Positions 12,824 through 28,039 are shown, numbered from the stretch's first letter. The stretch is DNA of 64,000 bases from Utricularia gibba (GCA_002189035.1 CM007992.1:1612001-1676000); one strand, 5' to 3'. Notes: a model not told the origin generated them from the letters alone. Translations and numbers: made by a program.

Positions 12824-14559
12824 ACTGAATCAAAAGAAATATTATTTTTATGTAAGGTATTGCTGCAGCATAACCCAACAGAGAATACACTCTGAGAAGT
12901 TAAAGAGATGATGATTTTGAATGAAAAACAAAAAAAAGCTGTTACATCTTACGGTCAAAGCAAACAAATGGTAGAGCTGAAGTGATGTGGAATCAATCAC
13001 CCAACTTTTAGTGATAAACTTGAAACATAAAACCGAATCCATCTATGATTTGAAGCTACAAAACTGGGCAAGTAGGATTCAAAACCTTCGATCTTATTAC
13101 TCACAGACATTTCAACAAGCAGTTTACATACATTCAATGGGCACACGTCTTGCCTACAGATAACATTTATCTATTTGTTTTCCCAATATAAAACAAGCAA
13201 ACACATTGAGCTGGAACGATATGGAATCAGTGACCAACTCTGTAATCATAAATTTGAAGTAGGATAATGGCTCCAATCTAGAAGCCATCAAAATGGGGCA
13301 AGGAAAATAAAAAATGATTTGATCTTGCTTTAGAAATTTCAACAAACAATGAGAAAACGGGGGAATAAATACATATCTTGGCGCGAAGAGATTAAATCGG
13401 CAAGAAAAATATTAGGGAGAGTCCGCAGACCGAAATACCTATGTGGTAACCATAGCGTTCACTATAACATCATTACCCATTAGCAAAATAACGAAACAGA
13501 TGCAAGAGACGTAAATAAAAATCGGGACTTCTCTAGCAAATATCAATGAAGAGAAAAAAAAAAAAAAAAGCTCTGCAGGTTGGCAGAAACATGAAGCAAA
13601 TCCAGAGGAACGTAACAGACAAAAAAAGGCAACAACACAGAAACGAAAGAAGATCTGAAAAAGGAGAGGAATCGAAACCTTGAGGTATACAGAGACGATA
13701 ATGGACAAGAGTCGCGCTGAAATGATTAAGATCGAGCCGGAGAGACGAGACCAGGAAGGGCTTTAGACGCCATCAAGGTTTCCGCATTTCTTCTTTTACC
13801 AGTGAAGAGTGAAGAACAAACCCTGCCTCCTGTAACACGCTTTTTGTTTGTTTCACATCGAAAGAGAAGTGCAACTTTACTTTGCATCCAAGCCCATTGG
13901 GCCCTAGGATCCAAGAACCGGGAATTATTTTTTCTGACCCGGTCCATCTATCCCTAATTAGGCCATTAGTCCAAGCCATCAAACAACTGGATCAAGTTAG
14001 GCAACCATATTTAGTTAAAAGGAAAGAATTGAAGAGGTTTAGTTTATCAAGGAATATGCATGGATTTAGTTGAAAGTAAATATTTTTACCTACCTCCCCT
14101 TAGGATTTATTTTTTCCTTGATGCGAAGGAAATCTCAACCTTTTGTTTTTATATGGCTTTAATAAATCTTTTAGACCAAACACATGAAATATATTCTACA
14201 TATTCAAACATCCAACCATGGCCTTAGGGGCTAGGTTGCATCAAAATAGGTGCGAGGCATGAAATTCGGGGTGCATAGGTGCAAGATTCATTGATTTTAG
14301 AAATCTGATTTTTAGGGTATGTTAAGAGTGCATTATTTTAAAATATATATACACTATAAATTCATATAATTACAAGTAAACCAAAATTAATTTATCAAGT
14401 ACAATAACTAACTTAAAAACATTCATTAATATCTAAAAGGTAATGCCAAAAACATGAAACAACATAATAGAAAGTTTCAATTTAACAAAATATACATGAA
14501 TTCCTCTAGCCTAAACATCAAAGTCAACATCTAATCCTAAATCAAACTTTTCATCACTA

Positions 14560-16720
14560 ATTCCACTCCCATTACCATTCCATTTTCAGTTGTCCTTCTC
14601 CATATAATAGAACATCATAAGACTCATCAATCTCCTATTCTAGCATATTTATCTCCAAAATAGGCTCATCTAAAGATAAGGTACTATCTTCAAGAATGCT
14701 AGAATCATTTACTTCATACAAATCACTCAAAATATCCCACATCTTGGAAATTCCTTCTGTATACTTTGATAATTTATGAGACAAGAGGCATAGATTAGTG
14801 TGCACATAAGCAAGTTCTATTGCCCATTGGAAAGTTAACTCGTTCCTTTTGGTTGAATGTATGAACTTATAAGTGCTCCAATTTCTATCTTAAGCTGATA
14901 AAGATAATACAAAACAAAGTAATTTGAACTGAAGATGTTGATTTAGAGGTATCTTGCCTCCAAAACATGACCACCATTCAATTCCATCCATACATGTTCA
15001 TCTAGCAATAGCATTCAAAGAGCTAAATTCAAATCTTGCATTTATATATCTTCCAAGCTCACAAAGTGCTGTCAAGCCTTTCTTTCTATCACCAATGTTA
15101 AATTCCATGTCATATAAATTTAAGAATAAATTTCACGAAGTTTCTTAACATTAATCCAACAAGGTCTACTAAAGTGGGATAAGGGAGTTGATCAGCTTTA
15201 TGGCTAGCTGGAAGAAAAGCTAAAGGCTGCTTCCCCCTTTGCTATCAAGAGGAACAATGAGAATGGTACACATGATTAGAGCATTGGGGGCTTGGATGTC
15301 TCCTCACCAGCCTCTCCTCACTTTTTGATTAAGAGCTTGATTCTTCCATTGTAAGCAATGTGGCCTTGGTGTGAGCGCGTTCTGTAATCTCTTGAACTTC
15401 TTCATGTTTCAATTGTGTTTCTAGACCATAGTTTTTTCCCTTCAGTGTTTCCACGTAACCATTGTGTCATTTATCTTTCTCTACATTAAAATAAAATACA
15501 TAACTCACACATAAGGCATGACAATAATCTGGTGTTCATGAACTTCTGCAAGGAAGTTCATGCAAATCAGCTCATATCCTCTAATGAAAGCTAACAACCA
15601 AAAGGTTTTTGCAATTCTTTATTTCTCAAGCTAATCAATACTTGATCAGTTTGAAGTAAAACCATATCAGGAAGTTCATCTCTCCATACTTGTGATTCAA
15701 TTCTATGAGTATATTAAACAAATAAAAAAATCTCAAATATAAAATAGAAAACAAAAATAAGAATATATAATAACTCAAAATATTATTTTTTCATTTATGA
15801 CCTTCCAAAAATCATTTTCCATATTAATATTCTTTTTTTCGAAATTATATATCACTTCCTTTATCTTTTCCAACTTGGAATATCACATGGTGTAAATCAT
15901 ATGAAAACCAGTTTTATTTTATATCATAGATTCCAAGCATAGAGTAAATAGAGGATGTGAAAGAAAGCACATTATTCCAATAATAGAGTCCCAAAAATGT
16001 TTATACACAAAACTATATCACCAAACTCCCTCACTTTCTCCATCTTATCATTCCAATATCCACGTAGCTTAATCCATTTATTACTAAGAACCATGGATTT
16101 CAACTCTTGTTTAATTATTTTAAACTGTCTCATCATGACAATCATCGAATCAAAACATGCCTCTCTAATTGTCAATAATCTCAATTTAGAATACCTTTTA
16201 AGTAAAGCAAACCTCGTTTAATGACTTTGGATAAAATGCTTTATCTTTTTCATCTTCTCCATGTTTTCTATTATCCATCCACATTATATGTAAGCCAAAG
16301 TGTTTAGTCTAGGTGAGAAAATATAAGGACAAAGCAAGTTTAATATATGGACCATACATGAAGTCCAAAAAATCTATCAACATTAAAGAAAATATTAGTA
16401 ATACATATTTGGATAAATAAATTATTGCAATATGGGGTTAATTATGCTATAAACTATAAATTTATATTGACTTTGAGAGTTTTTCTTCTATAATCTTATC
16501 AGTAGCATTACAAATACTAGCATTGTCAGTTATAATTTGTATCACATTTGAAGCCCCAACTTCAATGATTATCTTTTCCATCAATGAAACAACAAATGCA
16601 ACATCTTTGAACTCACTCTCACAATTAGTAGCTTTTCCACACTTATTCACAATCAAAAAGTTAATCAATGGTCGTTTTTATGGATCAATCCACCAATCAC
16701 TTACCAAAGTATTACGTATT
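14560..16720 (-). mobile_element. Degenerate hAT transposase, central and 3' part
   Basis: LVSDWWIDP*KRPLINFLIV, VGASNVIQIITDNAS (DUF659-like), TSSIYSMLGIYD and NLCLLSHKLSKYTEGISKMWD, with many stops. Confidence 0.8.
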
Positions 16721-17049
16721 AGATATCATTGTGTTTGGTTTGCTGGTTTATATATCTCGGGTTTATACATGGATTTGATAAACCCTTTTTGGTGGGTTTA
16801 TATAAAGTAGCCACCTCCCTTACTTTACCCATTTCCCGCAATGTGATTTTAACAAACTAACCTTGTTTTCAACCCACATTCATCTTCAATTAATCATCTA
16901 TTCTTCTGCATATATGATTTGGGGGATTCGAATCTTGGGTTTGTAACAAGTTCCATTTCGATCAAGGATTTCGAGTGTAATAGTGAGTGCAATCCATAAG
17001 AACATATTAATACTTCTTGTCGTTTGAGCAATTATCCTTCAAGTAACTA

Positions 17050-20000
17050 TTTTTCAATTCACTTGCTACTTGTATTGGAAATATTCACGAGCAGTGAACA
17101 ATCAAAATTATTCACTTCTAGGTAGATGTTTGAAATAAATTAATTATCTCTCCAATTTGGTAAGTGATATCAAAGGGGTAGCATGCAAGAATTTGCATCC
17201 AAGTCGGGATGTTTTTCATCGATTCTATGTTTTGTTACATCATTATTTTGAGCTGAAGGAATCTAGATGAATTTCTATTGAATAAAGGTAGCATTTTTCC
17301 TTGGTGTTTTAACTCACCATAAAAAATTAGAACACAAAAGTTTGATTTTTCATGTTCGACATCTACTTGTAGCATTTATTTTAATGAAATATAGATATAT
17401 GTTCTTAAGTTGCATGATCAATTGTTGATTAAAACAAACCTTAACAATAGCAACAATGGCTCTCCGAGTTTCAATCATTTCAAGGTATGTGCTCTATTTC
17501 ATTATATTTGGTAATATCAACTATGTAATACTTTTTGTTTTTTAATATTATCTCTCTCTATGCATTAGAACGGCACATACATTGATGTTACAGTAAAAAT
17601 AGCCAATAAACCATAGCATAAGATGTGAAAAGGATCAATTTCATCCAATGTGTTAGAAATATGTGATTACAACATATGCTTCATATACTTATTAGCTAGA
17701 TGGGAAGGCTCAACAATGGAGAGTAAATTCTTTATCACACCAACACTTGGAAATAGAATTCTATATCATAGTCAACTTTGTCTTGTAGTATAGTATTTCA
17801 TTTTCACATCATCATTTCTTATTTATTTTTGCACAAAAATTCATATAAATACATACTTTTCTAATATATATATATATATTTAATCATATTTTATATTTAA
17901 AAATTTAAATATAATATATTATAATATAATTATATTACAATATTTATATTAAACAAAAAATTAAAACATAAACAATTAAATACATGCAAAAATTATGCAA
18001 TAAAATATTTAATAAATGCATAAGCAATATTATATGAAATAAAATCCCAAAGTCTTGAAAACACATTCTCGAAAATATCTAAAATTGAAATTAATCAACT
18101 CTTGATCTTCTCTTCGAATGTATATGAGTTAAGTTGGTTGAAAATGGTTTTGATCTAGCACGATCCCTGATATTCACTTTTCTTGCTGGATTGTGAACAA
18201 TATCAAATGGAGATGTACCCCATCTACTCTCAGGGATTGGTGGATTAAATTGTCTTTTGTATATTTTCGCAAGGGTCTTCACTTGATAATATTTTGAAAT
18301 ATAAGAACTTACATCTTCATTGAATTTCTTGTACACCTAAGAGAGGAATAAAGTTAACAACTGTTATGATATTACAAATAACATGATATATTAAAAGATA
18401 ATTTTTACTTGAATAGCATGTGAAAATGGAATAGCTTTTTGCTGCCACTTTCCACAAGTACATATCAAATCTGTCAAACAAACAATATAGTAATGCTTGT
18501 TTTTTCTAGAATTTTTGCTCCGAGACATCACAGTGACACTCATTTTCTCTGCATTGTATTTCTTGATCCTGTAATTAGTTGATTTGCCATCATATCTCAT
18601 ATAAACAGATAGCAAATATGGAATAAATAATTGACCTCTTTCCATGAGTAAATCCATCTTCGCTTTACTATTTGTGAAAATCTTAACACATCGCTCGAAA
18701 GTGGCCTCAAAAGAGCTTTTGGAGGTAAATATCATGCCCCACATAAAACAATGTTTAATGATTTAGAGATACTTATGGTATGCACACCACATCTGCAAAA
18801 ATAAGAAATATAAGATTAACATAGTAATAATATGAATAAAATTATTCCATTTCAAGTTACCTAATGCAATCATCATATGATAATGTCCATAGCTTTAAAT
18901 CGATTTCATGGAGATACTCAAATGCTACTTCATTCTTAGTTCTAATTTTCTGCATAGCTGTCTAAAACTTTTCTGTTTATGAACTTAAGGCAACTTCGCA
19001 AAATAAATAAGTCAAGTGTTTCGACCTGAAATGGGACATGAAATTTGCAAGTAGATGTTGTATATAAAATCTATAATCTCCTATAGGCTCACTGAAAGAA
19101 TATATATCCTTAATCGTAGATAATAATCCTGTACCACGATCAGTTACTAGATAAATACGACGTCCTTTCACGATATGCTTAACCAAAAGGTTAAAAAATC
19201 AATAGTAGGATTCATAAGATTTTTCCTAAACAATAGCAAATGTAAGTGGAATTATAGTGTGGTTGCCATCAAGTATGCATGCTATTAGAAGGTGATATCT
19301 ATATCCTGCATATAGATGTATTCTATCAACAGTAATAATCGGACGACAATACCTAAAAGCATGGACGTATGATCCAAAAGCCCAAAATACATGGTGTAGC
19401 ATTGACTTGCCATCATGAGAATGAAAATTCTCATATTCAAATATAGTATCTATGATAAAACAAATATGTTAGTAAACAAACATCAATATTTATAAAATAA
19501 TAAAAATAAATTACATAGGTTGGATTCCTTAATAGATAACAAATAAGAAAAGAACTTTGTCATCGATTCCTCGCAAATACCATACATATGCATGATAGCA
19601 CGCCTAATAACAGTCCATCCAAGTTTATATGATATCTTGAAACAATAAACTTCATCAATATCATCAATGACATCAGAAACACGTATTGCTGGATTCTCTT
19701 TAACCTTGTTCATGATATAAAGAGACACAAATTTACCAGTAATGCTATCATTTCTAGTAGTTTTGGAACTGCTAGAAAAGCAAGTATGAGGTCTATCGTA
19801 TTGTGTCACAGTCCAAAACTGAGTGATACTGTTGTTCCACACTCTAACACGCCATTCACATGGAGGCGTTGCATTTCGGTTGATACAGTTTATTTCATAC
19901 TGCTTGTTGTTGTTGCTCTTCTCAACATGAAAAGGCTTTTTCAGTTTCATGATATAATAATAATTCAATGCTCATTCATTGAAGTTTTAATTTTGAATTG

Positions 20001-21060
20001 AAAAAAAAATAAATTAATTTAATGTTATATCAAACTTTTTTTCAGAATTTTAATGTTATTTTTGAATATGTCAGTATCACATGTGTACAATTAATTCATT
20101 TTTCAATTTTGAATTAGAAAAGAGATAAATTAATATAATGTTACACTGAACTTTTTTCAGAATTTTAATGCTAAAATCTAAATATGTTAATGTCACGTAT
20201 GTATTATTGTACTGAACGGATTGGTTATGATATAATATAAAAAGAAATAAATATAATATATTATTTATTTGAATTTTCGTGTAAAATATAAATATAAAAT
20301 GGTGATTGAATTTTGGTGTAAAAATTAAACAAGAAATGATGATGTGGAAATGAGGTGGAGCACTATAAAACAAAGTTAGTTATGATATGGAATTCTCGCT
20401 CCAATAATTATTCAGATAAGGAATTTGCCCTAGCAATGGATGGCTGCATTTTAAGGGATGCTATGATTCGTACGAATCCTTTTGTGTGCCTAGAGGTTAG
20501 TTTACTAAAATCTAAAATTTTAAATCAAAGAAGCAATGTTTAGTTTATACATCTTGTAATTGTTTATTGAAAAAGTTTTGAATATAGAAATTTGGCAATA
20601 AGTCTATTGAAGTATCAGCTGTACATTCTAAGGTTGGTTAGGGTTCTAGGGATCCTCCTCTAAGCATAATTAACCAGCAAGTTGTATTAGAAAATGTAGT
20701 TAACTCCTTGGGAAATGAAAAATGAAAGCCTGAAAAAAATTTCTTGCATTGTTTGAAAGCTATTTTTACTTGGCGAATAATGGATATACAAATAGTGAAG
20801 ATATTTTAACTCCATATAGAGGTGTAATATACCATTTAAAAGATTGGAGCGAACAACATCAAATCCAACAAGATGAGAATGAATACTTCAACATACGACA
20901 TGCTAAAGCTCATAATGTGGTCGAAGGGACATGGAGTATATCAAGAAATGATGTGATGTACTACGATCCCCCTCTTTTTATCCTATCAAGACTCAAATAA
21001 AGATGATAAATGCATATGTTTTGCTTCACAATTTCATTTGTGGAGAAATAATTATTGATG
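17050..21060 (+). mobile_element. PIF/Harbinger transposase remnant, split by a MULE
   Basis: AL(D)GTYIDVTV..SSNVLEICD..FIYLLARWEGSTM (ends 17720) resumes as DGCILRDAMIR (from ~20440), then FYLANNGY..LTPYRGVIYHLKDW..EYFNIRHAKAHNVVE. Confidence 0.85.
17721..20430 (-). mobile_element. Mutator-like element (MULE) with TIRs, degenerate TSD and decayed MuDR transposase
   Basis: Imperfect TIRs of ~130 bp (17721-17850 and 20300-20430); flanks caacaatgga / tagcaatgga; CEWRVRV..HTC, VFWAFG..CRPIITVD, LVTDRGTGLL and SWIM CTCGKWQQKAIPFSHA. Confidence 0.9.
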
Positions 21061-21082
21061 CATAATTGAATGGCACTGGCAT

Positions 21083-24000
21083 AATTGAAGAACTTCGAGA
21101 ATAATTGGATGATTTAATGGAGAAGAAATTTATTCAGTCAAGTAGCAGCCCATGCAAAGCACCCATACTGTTTGTCAAGAAAAAGGATGGTATGATGCGA
21201 CTATGTGTGGATTATTGATAGATTAACAAGGTGACCATCAAGAACCGTTATCCTTTGCCGCTAATTGATGATCTGTTTGATCAATTGAAGGGAGTCAAAG
21301 TATTTTCAAAGATAGACCTAAGATTGGGTTACTATCAATTGAAGATAAGTTCAGAGGATGTGCCCAAGACTGCTTTCAAGACATGCTACGACACTATGAA
21401 TTCATCATTTTATAGTTTGGCTTAAAGAATGCACCAGGCGTATTCATGAATCTCATGAACCAAGTCTTCTGGCCTTATTTGGATAAATTCATTGTGGTCT
21501 TCATCGATGACATATTGATGTATTCTCTGGACCATAAGTCATGAAATGCACTTGAGGACGATGTTGTAGACATTGTGGTAAAATAAATTGTAAAATACTC
21601 CAAATGTGAGTTCTAATTGTCAAGCATGGCATTTCTAGGCCATGTAATCAGTGGAGAAGTCATCGCCTTGAATCCAAAGAAGATAGAAGCAATTACCCGA
21701 TGGCCTGCTCCATGGTCAATGGCAAAAGTCAAAAGTTTCCTACGCTCTGCCAAATACTACAAGAAATTTGTGGAGGGATTCTCTAGTTTGGTTAAACCCC
21801 TCACATTGCTCACTAGGAAGGAAACCACGTTCTTATGGAGTTTGGGATGCGAAGAAAGTTTCCAAAAGCTCAAGGAAAAGCTCACAACTTCTCCAATGCT
21901 TGCACTTCCAGAAGCGAACAAGGATTTTTCGATATACATGGATGCATCCAAAGAAGGCTTAGGGTGTGTAGTTATGCAGAAGAGTAGAGTCTTGACCTAC
22001 ACATGTGGGCAACTTTGAAAGCATCAGATGAACTACTCGACCCACAACATAGAATTGGCCGCATTGGTATTTGCTCTAAAATTATGGAGGCATTTCTTAT
22101 ATAGTCATTGGCGCGAACTATTCACTAATAATCAAAGCTTAAGGTACTTGTTCACTCAGAGGGAACTAATTCTAAGACAACGTCGATGGATGGAGCTAAT
22201 GAAGGATTATGATGTGGAGATTAAATACCAGCTGGGGCACACCAACATAGTAGCCGATGCATTGAGTAAGAGGAGGCATGAGCAGCCGCACCATCACTGG
22301 AGAGATGACTTAGAGAAACTTGAAAACAAACTACCAATGAGAAAAGGAAGTCTAAATCATTTGCGACTTGAGCCAGACCTAATGAGGGCTAACAAGGAAC
22401 TTCAAGATCACCCAGACGCTATAAGATGAAGAGAGTTAGCTAGAGATGAAGATTCGGCCTTCAAGGTTGATGAAGAGAGCTTGGAGTGATGAGCTTTGGA
22501 CAACGGCTTTTGCCGAAGATCGTGATCCCATGGCATGCAAATCTGACCATTTAACCCTAAACTAAACCCTTAAACACCCCAGGGAGAACAAAATGTACCA
22601 AGATCTGAAGCCCTCGTTTTGGTTGTCAAAAATGAAAAGGGAGATCACAACGACGATGGCCAAGCGCCTAACTTGCCAAAGAGTCAAGGCTGAACATCAG
22701 AGATTCGAAGGATTACAGCAACCCTTGAAGATCCTTACTTGGAAGTGGGAACACATCACTATGGACTTTGTGACAGGGTTTCCTTTGATGCCACGAAAAC
22801 ACGATAGAGTATGGGTGGTGGTGGATTGGCTCACCAAGAGTGCACACTTCCTACTGATCCACACAATTGGGGGATGGAGAAACAAGCACAAACGTACATC
22901 AATGAGATAATCCACCTCAATGGGGTTTTGTGCAGCATAATATCAGTTAGGGATGGAAAGTTTTTATCACGATTTTGGCAAACACTACAACAAGTGATGG
23001 GAACCAAGTTGAACATGAGTAATGCCCATCACCCCAAACCAATGAACAGTCAAAAAGGACAATACAAGTATTGGAGGATATGCTGAGAGCTTGCATATGG
23101 GATTTTCCGGCCGATCGGGAAAGATACGTCTCTGGAAAAAATCGTCTACAACAATAGCTACCATACTAGGATCGGGATGGCTCTATATGGCAGGAGATGC
23201 ATGACTCCATTCTATTGGAATGCTGTGGATGAAGGAAAACTGGTTGGGCCAGAGCTGGTAAACGATGCCGAGGCTAAAGTAAGGATAATTAGAGAGTAGT
23301 TGAAAGAGGCTCCAGATTGATACAAGAGCTGTGCAGACAAAGGAAGAAAGCCCTTAGAATTTGAGATCAATGACAAAGTGTTTTTAAAGATATCCTCAAC
23401 AAAGGGGGTAGTAAGGATTTCCAAGAGGAAGAAACTAGGGCCACAATTCGTGGGTGCACATCATATTTTGGTAAAATATAGAAAGATGGCGTACAAACTT
23501 CAATAGCTGCCCCAGCTAAGCCCTCTAAATGATGTATTCCATGTATCATAGCTTAGGAAGTATATCTCAAACTCATGTCATGTCCTACAATCGGAACCAA
23601 TGGAGATAACTAAGAACTTGATGTTGTCGAAGGAACCTCAATGGGTCTTAGACTCAAAAATTATTAAGCATGGACAACAAGATGTACCCATGGTAAAAGT
23701 ACAATGGACACGGCAAATTGAGAGGGAGGCAACTTAGGAAGATGCCAAGGAAATAGCCGCCACACACCCGAAGTTAATGTAAGATACATAAGTTTCGAGA
23801 CGGAACTTAAATTATAGGGAGTTGAGTGTAATATTACCTTTCTGGATTTGGATAAATATCAAGTGCTAATTTAGGAAGAAATTAGGATAGAGTTGACCGA
23901 AATAATTGATTAGGAGGAAATTGGGAAGGTAGTTAGTGATTGGAGGGATTTTTGGAATCTTAGGATTTGAAGAGATTTTGAAAGTGGGAAACATAGAGAA

Positions 24001-24230
24001 ATGCTGGTGGAAGGGGAACTGGATCAAGGAGCTACGATGGTAAGATTGACATGTGATAAGCATTTTAGGAAGTTACTAATTGTGAGATTATGTGTAGGAG
24101 GATTGCGTCTATCAATGAAGGATAAGGAAGTTTCAATAGAATTCTATTTGCCTCTACTACACGCATAGTCATGGTCTGATTACTCCTCTGCACTGAGAAT
24201 CAAGAGCAACTTTGTTTTTGGGTTTGGGCT
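21083..24230 (+). mobile_element. 5'-truncated Ty3/gypsy chromovirus (Tekay/Del-like) pol remnant with PPT and start of 3' LTR
   Basis: RT ([30 protein letters not shown]), RNaseH (YMDASKEGLGCV, ADALS), integrase (WKWEHITMDFVTG), chromodomain (VKVQW..EAT). PPT 23813-23826, TGTAAT at 23827. Many stops; LTR end uncertain. Confidence 0.92.
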
Positions 24231-24849
24231 TCCATGGCCACGGAACACCCTAAAGGCAACGCAGTGCTGACCGTAGAATGCAATTCCCTTGAATATCAGA
24301 GTGCCACCCCTCATAAGATTATCAATTTGTTCATGGTTTAAAATTTGATGTTCCCATTGATCAACTTGTAGGAGTATGGCAAATTAAGTCCTTACATTTT
24401 TCTGTGCATGGAAAGAGCGTTTGAAGGGGGCATCCAACACCGAAGACCCCTAATGTATCACATCGAGTCTCACGCTGCCCTCAACCGACACCCATTTATT
24501 TCCAACATTAATGTTTATTAGAAATTTCTCCTATGAACAATCGTGATGTTGTCTATTCCAATAAGGGTGTTTCCTTCTTTCCTTTATTACTTTATAGACC
24601 AAACATGGCGTGACGATTTTGTTTAGAGAGGGAACATATTTTGGGAGAAAAAAAAAGAGCCCTACATTCCTGCGGGGTATTTCAATAAACTACCATTTTT
24701 TAATTTTATATGTTTTAGTAATAGTAATTGAGCACAATATAACATAATTCCATACTAAGTAATCGAATGTAATCAAAAATTATATCCCACCTCACCCAAC
24801 TTTATCTAATCCTCATTAATATAAACCCACCCCCACGATATACTTGTCA

Positions 24850-25460
24850 ACTAAATGCTGCACAAGAGTATTGTATCTAGGTGGTTTCTAGTCTACAAAA
24901 TATAAAAGATGTAACTTTATCAAACAAGTGATGAAAAGTATAATCATAACTAGAATAAGAAGTGCTGCTACAACTTCAAATACATCTACATTATATGAGT
25001 TGCGAGACATATTAAAAGGAATTCCATTAGAATAAAATAACCTTGCAATTATACATCCAACATCTCTTTCACTCATACATAATTCTTTAGCATTTCATCA
25101 ACCCTTTGCTAACTTTTCCTTTTGACTCCCTCCCCACAATACCTATGTTTAGGTTACTACATGATTTAATTTCAGTATTACAACATTTTGGCGTAGCTGT
25201 TAATTTCTTACTTTCTCTTAAAGCTACTCGTTGATTCTCCATCTTTCTCATTTGAACAAGTGTCAAGAATCAACCTTGAGATATCCACCTATATTTTGAC
25301 CAGCCAACAAGTGGGTTCAAACTCTAGAATAAGATGTAGTAAAAGTTTTCTCACAAAAAAATGTAGTTAACTTGTCTATTGCCTCCTATATCATCTCTCC
25401 TATGATGCAACATAAATTTCCACAATGAGAGTTGAATTTTCTTCATCCACATTTGACATA
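24850..25460 (-). mobile_element. hAT transposase 5' part
   Basis: IIARLFYSNGIPFNMSRNSY motif, which normally lies N-terminal to the DUF659 SDGW motif found at 16700. Confidence 0.75.
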
Positions 25461-26090
25461 TGAATATGTAACAATTCACTAAATTATCTGAAAAATTTTT
25501 TTAAAAAAAGAGTAGGATTCCGTCATAAAATAATCAAACATCAATCTAAAAAATTATCAAGTAATAACAATCATAGATGAGAATCCAAACTTAGATAAAA
25601 GAAATATTGAGACTTCAAATTTCAAGAACCAAATTAAGGAATGTACTCAAATAAGAGGAGTTTTGAGATTTATAAATAACTCAAATAAGAAGAATATTGA
25701 GGCAAAAAACCATTCAACCTCAAAACCCAAGTTGAGGAATGTTAAAAATATCATAAAGGACATCAATTATTCTAGATGCTCATTGATTAGGATTAAATAA
25801 ATAAATAAATATATATATATACATGCACCTTGCATGCAAAAAGTGCATGATTCCTTACGAATTGTAGGGAATTGTCCAACGTAGATTTGGGGTATGCATG
25901 GACTTCATTGTACTTATTTACTTATACAATTATCAAGTCCAAATTAAAAAAAATATGCACTCAAATCCAATTCCAAAAAAGTTTTACAATATTAAATTAA
26001 AAGCCAATCCAATAAATCCACAATTCGTTATATTTTGTCTTTTAATATATCTTTTATTAACATCTTTAATCTTAATTCGTTATAAATCGT

Positions 26091-28035
26091 TAATAAGTGA
26101 TTTTGTGTTGTTCCAAAACATGTTCTTTTATTACTCTTGAGTGTTGTTTTTACTTATCTTAGACTCCAATTTCTCATTATTCCCAATTGATTTTGCATCT
26201 TTCACACTACTTTGATCTTTTTGGAGAGAAAGTGTATTTTGTGGATTTTTAGGATACTTTTGGAACAATTTGAGAAGAAATTAAGACCCACCAAATTATG
26301 GAATTGATGGGTCACGAATCTCAGCCCAAGACTCGGTCAAACGATGAAGATTTGGTCCAAGATTCGTGGATAAGATAGAGATATGAAGAAGATCTTTGAA
26401 GATTTGGATAAAAGATTTGAATAGAAGATTTTATTCAAGCCCATCGAATAAGCTCAACATGAAGACTTGGATATACTCTCCTATAAATACCCCACCCTCT
26501 CAACCATTAGAGACGTTTTTTACCACTTTTCCTTTGTACTTTTCTTATTTTCGTGTCTATTTTCATGTTAGAGTCAAGTCTACGTGTAGGCGCTTGCGGC
26601 TGAGCATCTACGGTGAAGTCTTGCTTGCGCAAGTCTTGCGCATGTGATTGTTTTACTATATTTTTCGATATTTAAATTGAGGTTTGAGTCTGTTTTTCGC
26701 AACGTTTTCTTTACCAAAGTGCTCTTTAGTATCACATAACCCGAAGGGAGTGTGAGAGAATCAAAGGTTGGCCTGAAGCACCTAAGAAGAAGGGCTCAAT
26801 CGGACATCGTTTTAAGCAAGCAGGTCAATCTTCATGGTTTACACACACAAGTTTGGACGAGTTTTAAGCAAGTTGGATCTTGGATCCAAGGCCAATTTTC
26901 TTCTTGTTTTTAAAGCCAAAGATTTATTTTGTTTTTGGTCTTTTTGAGTCTTTGTTTGAAAAGAAAATTCCAATAACAATTCCCTGTGGATACGATCTTA
27001 TTTTATTACTTCAACGGTTTCTGTCCACTTGCAGAATCACCATCAAGTTTTTGGCACCGTTGCCGGGGAATTGTATTCCTTTGGATTTTCTTTTCTGATT
27101 TCATTTTAGGTTATTTCTTATTTTTCTGTTATTTTCATAGTTTTTCTCTATTTGCGCACTTGCGCAAGCAGCTGGTCTTATCCATATAAAAAAGAGGTAA
27201 AAAAAGATCTTTTGTTTTCGATTTTCGTTCATCATTTGCTTGTGTAGATATGAGGAGACTTGATCGAGATGTAACCTTTAATCTCGAATTTGAGAGAGGT
27301 GAATTAGATCAAGAAACCGGTCTGCTCAAGAATATTATCCTTGGGTGGCAGATTCTAGGATGCGTTCTCAGAAGATGGACGACTTGTTTTATCTTGAAGA
27401 TTATCCTAAAGAATCACATGTTGAGAGATGCATTCTTGAGCACAAATCACATGAGCATTAGGTAAATCATTTGATTTCATATTCAGGTTTGACACCTTCA
27501 CGCAAGTATGACAGGGATCAATTGATGCTTGCGCAAGCATGGCCAAAAAAACAAAGCACACTTCCAGCAACAAATCGTTACTACACCAGAGAAAGGATTG
27601 TAATTGAATCTCATGCTAATTGTGATGATGTTGGGTATGAAAAAGATTGGAGGTCCAGAAAGCAGCAATACACCAGGTATCAATCTTATTTATCATTAGA
27701 TTCAAAGGACAATAATTTTGGAAGTGATTCTGAAGATGAAGAGTTAGAGGAGAAATTCATGAGGCCTGACAGTAGACTTGCGCAAGAAGAAAGTCATGGG
27801 AATCGAGTTGACAACAACCACAACCCAAATCAGAGTTGGAGACAACCTCAATGCCCATCTTTTAGAGATATGATGAGCCAATTCATCGAAAGACAAGAGC
27901 AGATGAACAATGAATTATTTGATCAAATCAAGAAGATGAAAGATGGGGTCATTGAGCAATTCAAGCAAGTGAAAGAAGAATTTTCAGATCAAGTGAAGAG
28001 ACTACATGGCATGAATGACAAGTTGTAGCAACTTA
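26091..28035 (+). mobile_element. Athila-like LTR (26091-27045), PBS and decayed gag 5' region
   Basis: LTR runs TAataag...ccatCA; PBS tggcaccgttgccgggga at 27052-27069 is Athila-type; ORFs 27250-28028 begin MRRLDRDVTFNLEFER. Confidence 0.88.
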
Positions 28036-28039
28036 TAAC

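Noticed and set aside
22505-22585. Telomere-like aaccctaaactaaaccct inside the integrase
   Set aside because: Too few degenerate units to call an interstitial telomere.
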